Positions 28,014 through 40,721 of a DNA stretch of 64,000 nt are shown in pieces. Both the position numbers and the translations under genes were made by a program. The notes beneath the pieces were generated by a model. It was not told the origin of the DNA, did not search any database, and saw nothing but the letters and a program-made list of their open reading frames with translations. Within the stretch, counting starts at the first letter, position 1, and each line of letters starts with the position of its first letter. This stretch comes from Octopus sinensis (Eukaryota), in NCBI RefSeq assembly GCF_006345805.1, contig NC_043006.1, positions 19,530,001 to 19,594,000 on the forward strand, read 5' to 3'.

Positions 28014-28418
28014 GGATCTTTTCGGTTTGAACGGCAGTTTTTAACATAATTTCTAGGTAACTAAAAAATTTCAAACTTCGTATACTGGTAGAATGTGTTT
28101 ATAGAACACCTTTTTCTCTTGGCTTTGAGAAAATTCTATAGTTGGTAAGATATTTGTTGTTTTTTTCTTTCAATTTCTGCAATTTCAACCAAACAATGAC
28201 CTCTACTGAGGTGAAAACATTCTGTGCCGTATGAATATGTCCCACATTTAAGAAACAGATTGGGTTTATTTACATTTGTGAAAAAAAAAGATACCCTTCC
28301 CCCACCCCTAACACTAAAACAGATTGAAATGCAATAGATCGATACTAGGGTCATAATTATGGGTGACAATTTCATATGACACCGCTAGCAAAAACTGCCG
28401 TTCAAACCGAAAAGATCC
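28014..28418. mobile_element. MITE with GGATCTTTTCGGTTTGAACGGCAG TIRs (Merlin-like)
   Basis: Perfect ~25-bp TIRs; 8-bp TSD GAAAATAA. Confidence 0.9.
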
Positions 28419-28658
28419 GAAAATAAATTTTGGACGAAGTACCAGCGCTGATGACGCATTCGCTGAGAGACAAAGCGAGGTAACAAATATTGTCATCGAT
28501 GTTTGTATAACAGTGTTCGAATGAATATATTGGAATAAAATATAATGGAAATCATTGTGAACAAACAAAACAAGAATTGAAAATAACTGCACGACTTACA
28601 TAGCATGATAGATTTTTTTAATGGCTCAGTGAGAGGAGTGGGGAAGCAATATTGACCA

Positions 28659-28889
28659 GGCGGCAAGTTGGCAGAATTGTTAGCTCGCCGGGCGAAATGC
28701 TTAGCGGTATTTCATCTGCCGCTACGTTCTGAGTTCAAATTCCGCCGAGGTCGACTTTGCCTTTCATCCTTTCGGGGTCGATAAATTAAGTATCAGTTAC
28801 GCACTGGGGTCGATGTAATCGACTTAATCCGTTTGTCTGTCCTTGTTTGTCCTCTCTGTGTTTAGCCCCTTGTGGGCAGTGAAGAAATA
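28659..28889 (+). mobile_element. SINE family B
   Basis: Full copy; TSD AATATTGACCA. Confidence 0.9.
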
Positions 28890-29249
28890 AATATTGACCA
28901 TTTTGGTATTTCTGAGACTGGTGAGAGAAAGACAAAAGTTTCTCTCAGATCAAAGATTAACTCTAATATTTGTAAGAGAATGGGTTTTGCCAAAAACAGC
29001 CGAGTGGAAATGTTGAACTGTGTGTCCTTATTCTTACTTCTATGAACAAGTATGGTCTCCCATATATTAGTCATATTATCAACCAAATATTAGTCATATA
29101 CCTTTGACCGATTCATGGCCATCATAGAAAACATATCCCTAAGTACCCAAGTGGTCGCACAATGTACTTGAATTTAAAACTAAGTGCTTGCGAAGCAATC
29201 ACATAACCATTCCTGCGCTCGGTTTTAGTGTGATTTTTAATGCGAAATA

Positions 29250-29810
29250 GATGCAAGAGAAATATCTAAGGCGAAACATGAAGTCCTTGGAAGCACTCCG
29301 TCGGTTACGACGACGAGGGTTCCGGTTGATCCGAATCAACGGAACAGCCTGCTCGTGAAATTAACGTGTAAGTGGCTGAGCACTCCACAGACACGTGCAC
29401 CCTTAACGTGACACAGAGAGTGACAAGGCCGGCCCTTTGAAATACAGGTACAACAGAAACAGGAAGTAAGAGTGAGAGTGAGAGAAAGTTGTGGTGAAAG
29501 AGTACAGCAGGGATCACCACCATCCCCTGCCGGAGCCTCGTGGAGCTTTTAGGTGTTTTCGCTCAATAAACACTCACAATGCCCGGTCTGGGAATCGAAA
29601 CCGCGATCCTATGACCGCGAGTCCGCTGCCCTAACCACTGGGCCATTGCGCCTCCACACATGAAGTCCTAAGTATTCATTGACCTGACGAAATCTTTGGA
29701 TGCAGTAAAACGAGAAGTTTTATGAGAAGTTTTAGAACATGGAATGTCCATCTAAGTTTACAAACTTCATTCACCTCTCCCTCGACGACATAACCGGAGA
29801 AATGCTCGTA
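29250..29810 (+). mobile_element. RTE RT fragment split by a SINE A copy (29288-29657, minus strand)
   Basis: MQEKY... | VFIDLTKSLDAVKREVL...CPSKF; SINE TSD ACATGAAGTCCT. Confidence 0.75.
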
Positions 29811-30045
29811 ATGAAGATCATAGATTTAGCAGAAAAATAATATTGGAACTGAACCACCCTCACAACTTGACTGGAATATATTTTATCATCATTAAACTAT
29901 GAACACTTGATGTTGACTGAGGATATAAAGAGTTGTTACTCACTACCACAATAAATTTAGTCCAGTCTTCTAGCTCTCTTGGATAGATATAACAAACTTA
30001 GAGATAAAGTGACCACTATTGGTGAATAACTCTAAAAAAAGGATG

Positions 30046-30512
30046 GGATCTTTTCGGTTTGAACGGCAGTTTTTAACATAATTTCTAGGTAACTAAAAAA
30101 TTTTAAACTTCGTATACTGGTAGAATGTGTTTAGAAAACATCTTTTTCTCTTGGCTTTATTGAGAAAATTCTATAGTTTGTAAGATATTTGTTGGTTTTT
30201 TCTTCAATTTCTGCAATTTCAACCAATCAAATACGTCTATTGAGGTAAAAAAAACAGTATGTGCTGTATGAATATGTCCCTCGTTTAAGAAACATATTGG
30301 GTTTATTTACATTTGTGAAGAAAAAAAGAAACCCTTCCCCCCACCCCTAACCCTAACCCTAAAACAGATTGAAATGCAATAGATCGATACTAGGGTCGGC
30401 CCAAGGCTATAGTAGATGACACTTGCCCAAGGTGCCACGCAGTGGTACTGAACCCGGAACCATGTGGCTGGTAAACAAGCTACTTACCACACAGCCACTC
30501 CTGCGCCTATGC
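30046..30512. mobile_element. Truncated GGATC-MITE joined to a SINE C head (minus strand, 30399-30512)
   Basis: Left TIR at 30046, CCCTAACCCTAACCCTAA at ~30345, then reverse-complement SINE C. Confidence 0.85.
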
Positions 30513-31299
30513 GTTGTTGAAGAAAAAAAGAAAAGATTTGTGGACAAAACAAAACCGTAGAGCACACCAGAGTTGATAGTGTTCTACATGACAAGCTACC
30601 AATTCAACAGATGAAATAGCCCATAGGATATAAAGGGATATAACCCATAGGCGGACAGTTTTACAAGAAAATTCACGAGCCAGATACGATCGAATGCGTT
30701 ACTGATGTCAAGTGCAACAGTACTAAAATTCTCTTAAGCGATAGCCTACTAGTGAATATCACACAAGAGTAGGCGTCTAGTAAATCCACTACTGTAATGT
30801 AAGCCATTGGATGAAGTGGAAATCTCCTAGGATAGGATGCCAAACTACCACTGGTAACTTTACTAAACGTTACGGTACTTCATTTTCATCTCGACACCTG
30901 ATAAGCCAACAAATTCAATCTTTTGTTTTCCCTCCTCCACCACCATAGGCATAGCTGTGATTAAGTACTTAAAACGTTTGCTTCGCAAGTGCATGCCTAG
31001 GGGTTCGACCCCATTGCCCAAGTCAATGCCTTATGCGTGTTAATTTATCAGACCGAAACATCTGTGTGAGATTCTGTTTGGAGAATGGCTCTTATACTTG
31101 GTAGATTCAATGCGTCGTCCATTACCTCTGATGCTTTTAGTAAACCAAGTGGGAGGCAAGAAGATATGTTCTTACCACAATCCACGAAAGCCCTTCCGTC
31201 TCCTATATTTTTACTTGCTGAGGCCAAAGGGACATACTTCTGAGACCGGAGAACTTGATGTTGTTAATATTCTGTTTAAACTGTTGTACGGCACCACTA

Positions 31300-31750
31300 G
31301 CAGCAAAGACTCGAATTGAGAGAATATTCCAGAAGATAAATATTCTATGGGTAGTGAATATTTTGGAAAAAGCTGGATTGCATGTTATAAGATGATGAGA
31401 GCAAGAAAGACGAGTGGGCCGGAGAAGCATGAGTGGCGAAATTACGAGGCCAGACCATTGTAGAAGAGAGAGAGGGGAGGAAGAGGAAATAGAACATCAG
31501 TGATCCAAAAGGTGGAGTGTGTCCTTCTGTGATTGAATGTTAATCAATCCAGTGGCTGGCTCTTCTCTTGGACGTGGTCCAAGATGTCAGTGTGGATACC
31601 AGCCACACCGTCCCAGATGTGGGCGTAATCTCCCATTGTGAGCATCACTTGAGCCTTGTAAAGTGTTCAGCAGCTGTTATTGGTCGAAATAACTTCTGGC
31701 CCTAATGAAGAAATGGAAGGCTACATAGCATAGGAAGCCCTAAAAAAAGG
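31300..31750 (-). mobile_element. Decayed L2/CR1-group LINE fragment (RT C-terminus)
   Basis: Minus strand gives RARSYF..QLL.LYKAQV...DYAHIWDG...ILDHVQEK. Confidence 0.65.
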
Positions 31751-33039
31751 ATAAGGTGGCCACGTTTGGAACACCAGTGATTATTAGCTTGCTCACACGG
31801 GAGCGGTTTGTACTCTAAACAAGGCACTAAGACATATAGTGGTAGTAAAAGACGTTGATTTCCTTGAGACAACAAGATTGCAAGAGAATTAAACCTATGA
31901 CCCATATGCTATTTGTCAAATAGTATAACTTGTCAGTTTCATCAGTGTCAACAGTGGATACCGCGATATCCTGAACTGCATAGAGGGGCATGCTATAGAT
32001 TCGAGCTCACGATTAGTGATGTCATGATAAACTTCGCCCATCCTGCTACTTTGCTATATTGAAAGAAATGAGTAGGATACAAATATTTGCTGGTTGCAAC
32101 GGTCGAGTTTATTCGCTTATAAAAAATATGAATGACACTATCAGCTAAACGTTCAAAGTGTTCTTTCATATAGATAGCTACAAAAGAAGTGTGTGTCTGT
32201 GTATATATATATCCTTATGTATATACATCTGCTTGATGTTTATATATTGTACGTACATATGTGTGTATGTTTGTGTATGTATGGATGGATAGATAGTGAT
32301 TGAGTGATTTTATTTTGTAATTTAAATATTAGTATTCTGTAGAGAATTAAAATGTTGGAAAACAAAAAATTTATTTGACGTCAAATAACAAACAATAAAG
32401 TTTCAATTTATTGTTTCATTGGTTGAATAAAGTTTAATGAAACCTATCAAAGTGCAAACTTCAGACGTCGAAGAGATATTTGTTTAAATGACAAAAATCA
32501 AACATAACTAAGAAAACCATTACCAACTCAATAGCTAAAAGAACTAACAGAAATAAGAAACAAACGTCTTTCTCTCTGTGGTATTTGCTAAACAGCCAAT
32601 GGCTTTTTTCATGAATTTCTCTTGAAATTTCTTACTAAAATGACTATTCCCTGTGTATCGTTTCAGTGAGTTCAGAATTCGATTTAGAGTTTGCAACAAA
32701 TTTGGTATTCAAAAATATCTTTCATGTATGTGTATCAATAACTTATTGTTTTGGTAGATATATTTTGTTCTATAGTTTGCCAATGATTTGTTAATATAGT
32801 CTTTTAATATTTAAATGTAAACTCTTGGCGGCATTTCATCTGCCTTTACGTTCCGAGTTCAAATTCCGCTGAGGTCGACTGTGCCTTTCTTCCTTTCGGG
32901 GTTGATAAAATAAGTACAGGTTAATTACAGGTGTCGATGTAATCCTCTTACCCATCTCTCCGAAACTGCTGATCTTGAACCAACATCTGAAACCAATATT
33001 TAAAAGTAAACTTTTCCCGAAAAACTTTAAAGTAATTAC

Positions 33040-33326
33040 GGAGATGTACTTGCATAGCGAGTGACTTGATCTGAGATCGTGTGCTGGAACGAAAGCAATT
33101 GCAGCGTGGAAGGTGTTTATAAGCCATTTAAGAAACACACAAAACTATTAGATTCACTTCAACATTTAAATTTAATTTGTCAAAATATTTTCGTCGCTTT
33201 GAGACCGCGACCTGTTCACTGACAAAACTTCGTGAGATGCAGCACAAAGTTTTATCAGCGAACAGGTCGCGGTCTCAAAGCGACGAAAATATTTTGACAA
33301 ATTAAATTTAAAGTAATGTTGAAGTG
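33040..33326. mobile_element. Penelope-like fragment ending in a ~170-bp palindrome (33155-33326) with hammerhead-like motifs
   Basis: Arms 33155-33231 and 33247-33326 are near-perfect reverse complements. Confidence 0.65.
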
Positions 33327-34459
33327 TGAGTAGAAAATAAATGGCAATCACCATATCTAATTTTTTTTGTCTTTTATATACATAAACGATCAACTACTTG
33401 AATCTCTATGTGTGTGTGTGCGCGCGCACTTGTATCGAACAGTAAAAATGAGTGCTCGATACCGCATTGATGGCTACATGCTGACAAAATAGTCTATCTA
33501 TTCTCTGTCGTTTGACAATGAGGATTGAATTCTTCGATCAAATGAATTACCTGCTCCTGAATTAATATACAAGTGGGATTGAATTAGGAATCTCGTAGTT
33601 ACAAAGTGAACTTCTTAAAAATTCGGCCTCAGTGCGCTACCTATCCATTGTATGTGTGTGTGTGTACGCTTGTAACTGCTGAACAAAGATGGCGCACTAG
33701 TCGACTGCTTACTACGTTATCCTCACCGCATGCTACCACATTTGTTGAGGATAAGATTGCGTTGAGTGAACATATCTAGCCTTTTCTGCAAGATGATGTA
33801 TTCTATAGCGGAAAGAGTGGAGATAGTGAAAGCGTATGTGAGAACGGGTTCTGCTAAGCAAATGCGTGAAATGTTTGAAGTCAAGTTTCTGGACAAAGGC
33901 TAACTGGCAAAGAGAACGATGTAAGTGTTGGTTAAGAAGTGACGCTCTACGGGGGTCAGTGCACGACGCCCCAAAACAAAGAGATCCTACAGTTCGAACG
34001 CTGGAAGTTACTCAAAACATTCGCCAAAGGATTAATCGAAGTCCAAAGACAACACGCAAACTGGCGCAGCAGTGTCACATAAGCATGAGGTGAGGTCAAC
34101 GGGTGTTGAAACGTCTGAAGTTGAATCCATATCATTCCACATGTGTACAGCAATTAAAAGTGAATGACAAGAACAAACGAGTAAATTATTGCACATGGCT
34201 TCTGATTAGCTTTGCTAATGGTGAGCTACACCTATTCCAGGACATAATCAGTGATAACGAATAGTTTCATCTCTCCGGCCACGTAAATTCACAAAACTGA
34301 CGGTACTGAGAGCTGGAGAATTCTCACCTTGTACACTAGCAGCCACGCCATAAGGTGTACTGTTTCAGGGACATGTATCACTGGACCGTTATTTTTTGGC
34401 AGTACTGTCAACACGGAGGTCTACATTAACATTTTGGATCAATGTTGTACTCAAATCAT

Positions 34460-35097
34460 GGATCTTTTTCCTTTTGAACGGCAGATGTCAACAATTTCTA
34501 GTTAACTAAACACTTTTAAACTTCGTATACTGGTAGAAATTGTTTATAAAACATCCTTTTCTCTTGGTTTTATTGAGAAAATTCTATGGTTTGTAAGATA
34601 TTTCGTCTGAAAATCCGAGCATTTCGGCAATTTTAACCAATCGATTACCTCCATTCAACTAAAATCATTTGCTGCGTCTAAAACTGAGACAACATCCTGT
34701 AACTAACCCTAAACCTCCCCCCTAACCTAAACCCTAATTTTTTTTCTTAGTTGTTAAATTAATTTGATTCCATTGCTTTAGTTTTTTTTACACGCGTAAC
34801 AATTAAATTAATTTAACAATTAAGAAAAACAAAATTTAGGGTTAGTGTTAGGGGGGAGGTTTAGGGTTAGTTACAGGATGTTGTCTCAGTTTTAGACGCA
34901 GCAAATGATTTTAGCTCAAAAGAGAGCATAGGATTGGTTAAAATTCGAAAAATTAAACTACGTTAAACAAACAAATTACAATTTTCTCAAGAAAGCCAAG
35001 AGAAAAAATGTTTTATTTTGACACATTCTACCAGTATACGAAGTTTTAAAGTGTTTAGTTAACTAGTAATTGTCTGCCGTTCAAAAGGAAAAGATCC
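34460..35097. mobile_element. Long foldback GGATC-MITE (Merlin-like)
   Basis: Almost the whole element is palindromic; TSD CAAATCAT; CCCTAA/TTAGGG motifs in both arms. Confidence 0.9.
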
Positions 35098-35302
35098 CAA
35101 ATCATTGAAGATGAAATACAGGTGTACTTCTTCCTGCAGAACGAAGCGACTTGCCACTCCTTTCTGGTAGCCATGCAGCGAGTTCATAGGATCTTCTCAA
35201 AGTAATGCACAGTTAGCAAACCTTTATGGCCACAACGTTCTCTTAACCTTTCAACGTGTGATTATTACCACTCGAAGAGCGCAGTGTACAAAAATAATCC
35301 GT

Positions 35303-35696
35303 TGTGGAGGCGCAATGGCCCAGTGGTTAGGGCAGCGGACTCGCGGTCATAGGATCGCGGTTTCGATTCCCAGACCGGGCGTTGTGAGTGTTTATTGAGC
35401 GAAAACACCTAAAAGCTCCACGAGGCTCCGGTAGGGGATGGTGGTGATCCCTGCTGTACTCTTTCACCACAACTTTCTCTCACTCTTACTTCCTGTTTCT
35501 GTTGTACCTGTATTTCAAAGGGCCGGCCTTGTCACTCTCTGTGTCACGCTGAATATCCCCGAGAACTACGTTAAGGGTGCACGTGTCTGTGGAGTGCTCA
35601 GCCACTTACACGTTAATTTCACGAGCAGGCTGTTCCGTTGATTCGGATCAACCGGAACCCTCATCGTCGTAACCGACGGAGTGCTTTAAAAAAAGA
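35303..35696 (+). mobile_element. SINE family A
   Basis: TSD CAAAAATAATCCGT inside the transposase relic. Confidence 0.95.
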
Positions 35697-36093
35697 CAAA
35701 AATAATCCGTACGTAATACAGGAACTGAAAGACAATATCACGCTTGCGGTCGTCGCCATCGATGTCACTATTTTATGCCGGGTGAACTTAAACATGGTTA
35801 GACGTGCACAGCTGTATATTGATGCAGCAGGAACCGTTTTCAAGATCTATAATTGTGTCGTTTCAAGCACTTGTAAATTTATTTCTGTACACTATGCTAC
35901 GTAATCCGGGATACTTTTTCGTGCATCACCCTTTACTAAGGCCATTTTAATCGCCTAATCACTTTCCAACAATTTTCAGTCTTGTCCCTTTTCTTGACAC
36001 TATTATCAACATAATTACCAACGTCCATCTTCACTAGTTTCCATGGGTGTACCAAGTATTAACACCACTAGAGTAACAGAAAAAAGCAGAGTA

Positions 36094-36326
36094 TATTTCT
36101 TTACTACCCACAAGGGGCTAAACACAGAAGGAACAAACAAGGACAGACAAAGGGATTAAGTCGATTTCATCGACCCCAGTGCGTAACTGGTACTTAATTT
36201 ATCGACCCCGAAAGGATGAAAGGCAAAGTTTACCTCGGCGGAATTTGAACTCGGAACATAACGACAGGCGAAATACAGCTACGCATTTCGCCCGGCGTGC
36301 TAACGTTTCTGCCAGCTCGCCGCCTT
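36094..36326 (-). mobile_element. SINE family B
   Basis: Full copy; TSD ~GAAAAAAGCAGAGTA. Confidence 0.9.
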
Positions 36327-36786
36327 AGAGAAAAAGCAGAGTAATGAATTAAATTCCATTTTGCTGTATCTATGTTCGTCTTTCCTGAAACTGATTTCAA
36401 ATCCCGCAAGAATTGACTTTGTTTCTCATCTCTCTGGTATTAATGAATAAAATAAATACTCGGGAGAGCTAGTAATCTGATTACATACTCGCTTTCCAAA
36501 TTTAATGAAGCTCGTGTCACTGATAAAAATATTTTGTTATTGCTTCACCCCATGTCACGTTTTGGTCAATCGGGCCTATGACTGAAAGAGTTCTACCCAT
36601 GACTTTCCTATTTTATTTGCAGACAACCTATTCAGTGCTACATTATCCAATATTTTTTTTCTTTAAGTGATTTGTCGAGAATGTTACCAAGTACTAACTT
36701 TTGCTTGGTTTCTTATTTTTATTTTTGATGTTATTCAAATCCCATTCAGGTCAACTTTACTTTCAACTCTTCGGTATCAATAAAAT

Positions 36787-37172
36787 GTGGAGGCGCAATG
36801 GCCCAGTGGTTAGGGCAGCGGACTCGCGGTCGTAGGATCGCGGTTTCGATTCCCAGACCGGGCGTTGTGAGTGTTTATTGAGCGAAAACACCTAAAAAGC
36901 TCCACGAGGCTCCGGCAGGGGATGGTGGTGATCCCTGCTGTACTCTTTCACCACAACTTTCTCTCACTCTTACTTCCTGTTTCTGTTGTACCTGTATTTC
37001 AAAGGGCCGGCCTTGTCACTCTCTGTGTCACGCTGAATATCCCCGAGAACTACGTTAAGGGTACACGTGTCTGTGGGTGCTCAGCCACTTACACGTTAAT
37101 TTCACGAGCAGGCTGTTCCGTTGATCGGATCAACCGGAACCCTCGTCGTCGTAACCGACGGAGTGTGCTTCC
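36787..37172 (+). mobile_element. SINE family A inserted in an old SINE B
   Basis: TSD ATCAATAAA. Confidence 0.93.
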
Positions 37173-37455
37173 ATCAATAAAGTACCAGTAACGTGTTGGG
37201 ATTGATGTAATCGATCATCTATCTCCCCTCAAAATTTTTATCTCTTTACTTAAATTAGAAACCTCAAACTTACATCGTGCCTAAATTAGAAATAATTAGA
37301 GGTGTAATGAATTGACAGAATAGTGTGAAAGCTGACAAATGCCTTAAGACATTTGTTCCGGCTCTCTATGCTCTGAGTTCATATATGTCTGAGATGAGAT
37401 TGCCTTTCGTCTCTCCAGGGTCGGTAAAATAAAGTTCAAGCCAATAACTGGTTCG

Positions 37456-37755
37456 ATTTGGTCAATACCACCATGACTGATATCCAATCTACAGTGGAGA
37501 AGGCTAGCCACTGGATTTGGTTAAAAAGAGACGATGAGCGATGGCTAGAAGTATATTGAGTTCTTCATAACCAGCTGATCTAGCAAGCGGGGCCTCATAT
37601 CAGTGAGGGGGGCCGGTGCGCATTGATGCCGTCGAGATGTAGGCCCCGAAACGGCGCGCATTCTCTCCTGATGACCCCATACACTTGCTAGCTTCCGATA
37701 TACGGAGCGTTTAACTGGTAGCACTTGCATGTGAAAGTTGTTTGCAAGACATAAT
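37456..37755 (+). mobile_element. HERO-clade RLE retrotransposon 3' end with structured 3' UTR
   Basis: DIQSTVEKASHWIWLKRDDERWLEVY* (stop 37557-59) matches the AEKASxWLWLKR C-terminus of HERO ORFs. A GC-rich self-complementary UTR follows. Confidence 0.75.
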
Positions 37756-38330
37756 ACTTACTTCCCTCAAAATCGCTGGCTTTATGCCTAAATTTAGAAC
37801 AAAGTCAGAATCGGTAGCACATCGTCTTGCAAAACATTTTGCAGTGTTTTGTCCGTGTTTACTTTCTCAGTTCAAATTCCGCCGAGATCGACTATACCTT
37901 TCATATTTTCGCGGTCGATAAAATATGTACTAAGCTGATGAGTGGGGTCGATGTAATCGACTTATGCCCTCTCCCGAAATTTTCTCTTTATTTACCTATA
38001 AAAAGCATACATAGAGGGGGACGAACAAGGACAGGAATGACAGCACAAGTGGAGACAAAAACATAGTCGGATGAATGATATGAAATTATATAATGAAGAT
38101 GTAAAATGGCTAATACTCGACCCCACTTCCGAGTAGTATCCTTTTAAATCTATTTTAAATAAAACTTTTACTGAATAATTATCTAATAAGTTTACAGCGG
38201 TTTCAATGTTTCAAAATCCACCACGGGTGGCAAATGTTCGTAATATTTAATTTCTACCCCTAATGCGTTTATTTTGTCTCCAAAATTGGCCTTTAAATTT
38301 TTGTTATTTTTTCGATCAATTACAATGCAT

Positions 38331-38721
38331 GGATCTTTTCTGTTTGAACGGCAGTTTTTAACAATTTCTATGTAACTAAAAAATTTTAAACTTCGTATAC
38401 TGGTAGAATGTGTTTATAAAACATCTTTTTCTCTTAGCTTTGAGAAAATTCTATAGTTTGTAAGATATTTGGGATTCTTTTCTTCAATTTCTGCAATTTC
38501 GACCAATCACTGACGTCTGTTGAGGTAAAAAACATTCTGTGCCGTATGAATATGTCCATCGTTTAAGAAACAGATTGGGTTTATTTACATTTGTGAAGAA
38601 AAAATATACCCTTCCTCCCACCGAACCCTAAAACAGATTGAAATGCAATAGATCGATAATTATGGGTGACAATCTCATATGACACCGCTAGAAAAAACTG
38701 CCGTTCAAACGGAAAAGATCC
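38331..38721. mobile_element. GGATC-MITE (Merlin-like)
   Basis: TIRs; TSD CAATGCAT. Confidence 0.9.
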
Positions 38722-39430
38722 CAATGCATTCCTTACCTGGGACTTTAATGTTCTCTTCTATGACTAATAACTGTCTTCCCCTATCCCGTGTGGTAAAATT
38801 TGAAAATTATTATCACTATTAAGAGTGGTGGAGTTGTATGATGACATTATGAGTGTAGAAACTAAATGTAACTGTGGGTCGCCTCGGTTCAACAACTGCA
38901 GACTATTTGCTATAATCTATTGATACACCAGCAAAATATATAACGCAAGCTATCTAATATTGAACAGCCAGCATTGCAACATTTAACAAAAACTCTTAGT
39001 GAAATGACAACAAAACAAAAAACAACAGACTATCACAAACAACTTGAAAACACATTTTCATATATTGTATTTTATCTCATCGAAATACTTAATGTATTTC
39101 ACGGTTTTATTCTGGCAAACTTCATTTTGGCTATGCAGAATAAAAGAATACAGGAGTGCTTTATGCCAGGTTAAAACATTAATAAAACGAAAGCTGAGCT
39201 GGTTTTTTTAAAATTATGCATTGCTTGTGCATCTGTTTGTGTGAAGCACAGCTCATGGATATCATTTTGTGAACCAATGAAAAATTTCTCGTAACAAATT
39301 CAAAAGAAAAATTTGAAATACAAACAATTAGTCAGCTAACCTTTTAAACTACATTTCCAACTGAAGCACACTTGATAGACGTATACGTTCTCTCTCTAAT
39401 CCCCCATAATACACATACCAACGTATATAT

Positions 39431-39818
39431 GGTGGAAGCACTCCGTCGGTTACGACGATGAGGGTTCCGGTTGATCCGAATCAACGGAACAGCCTGCTCG
39501 TGAAATTAACGTGTAAGTGGCTGAGCACTCCACAGACACGTGTACCCTTAACGTAGTTCTCGGGGGATATTCAGCGTGACACAGAGAGTGACAAGGCCGG
39601 CCCTTTGAAATACAGGTACAACAGAAACAGGAAGTAAGAGTGAGAGAAAGTTGTGGTGAAAGAGTACAGCAGGGATCACCACCATCCCCTGCCAGAGCCT
39701 CGTGGAGCTTTAGGTGTTTTCGCTCAATAAACACTCACAACGCCCGGTCTGGGAATCGAAACCGCGATCCTATGACCGCGAGTCCGCGGCCCTAACCACT
39801 GGGCCATTGCGCCTCCAC
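39431..39818 (-). mobile_element. SINE family A
   Basis: TSD CAACGTATATAT. Confidence 0.95.
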
Positions 39819-40165
39819 TCAACGTATATATAACAGTTATACAATTCCATAATTTCCTCTTTATTGCCCATAAGGGGCCAACACAGAGGAGGGACAACAC
39901 AAACACATGTGGAGACACATAACACGAAAATAAATAAAACCGAAAAAATACACCTAAACAATTCCATAATTTTTCATTGGTTCCTACGCGTTGTTTGCTA
40001 AGTTATTTTATAGCCATGGTAAAACGCGGAAACACGCATAAACTTAAACTTTTCAATAAAACAGACCATAACCACTTTTACATTGCTTCCCGTAGATGAT
40101 GTGTTTAAGAGGTTTTAAATACACCAGACAAATACTGCTGTTCAATATTAAGTATTCATTCACAT

Positions 40166-40545
40166 GTGGAGGCGCAATGGCCCAGTGGTTAGGGCAGCGG
40201 ACTCGCAGTCATAGGATCGCGGTTTCGATTCCCAGACCGGGCATTGTGAGTTGTTTATTGAGCGAAAACACCTAAAGCTCCACGAGGCTCCGGCAGGGGA
40301 TGGTGGTGATCCCTGCTGTACTCTTTCACCACAACTTTCTCTCACTCTTACTTCCTGTTTCTGTTGTACCTGTATTTCAAAGGGCCGGCCTTGTCACTCT
40401 GAATATCCCCCGAGAACTACGTTAAGGGTACACGTGTCTGTGGAGTGCTCAGCCACTTACACGTTAATTTCACGAGCAGGCTGTTCCGTTGATTCGGATG
40501 AACCGGAACTCTCATCGTCGTAACCGACGGAGTGCTTCCATATAT
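40166..40545 (+). mobile_element. SINE family A
   Basis: TSD ATTCATTCACAT. Confidence 0.95.
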
Positions 40546-40721
40546 CCATTCATTCACATGTTCAACAAGATATCAAGCTGACTACGTATAAGGCAGAAAT
40601 TTACCCAGCAAGGGGCTGTCATTTTCAATTAGACACTAATCGAAATATTCGGCATGTGTTGACATTACTAAAATTACTCCAATAGATAAGAATCGAACAA
40701 ATATTCTCTTTACCCACCTAA

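Larger units (their letters stand above)
33793..35930 (+). pseudogene. Decayed Tc1/mariner-superfamily transposase (rosa/VS-like DDxD type) with nested MITE and SINE
   Basis: MYSIAERVEIVKAY..., TRKLAQQ, ISDNE*FHLSGHVNSQN, ITGP, QNEATCH...LWPQRSLNLSTCDY...VYKNNP, ELKDNIT...RRAQLYIDAAG. The frame resumes on both sides of the insertions. Confidence 0.85.
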
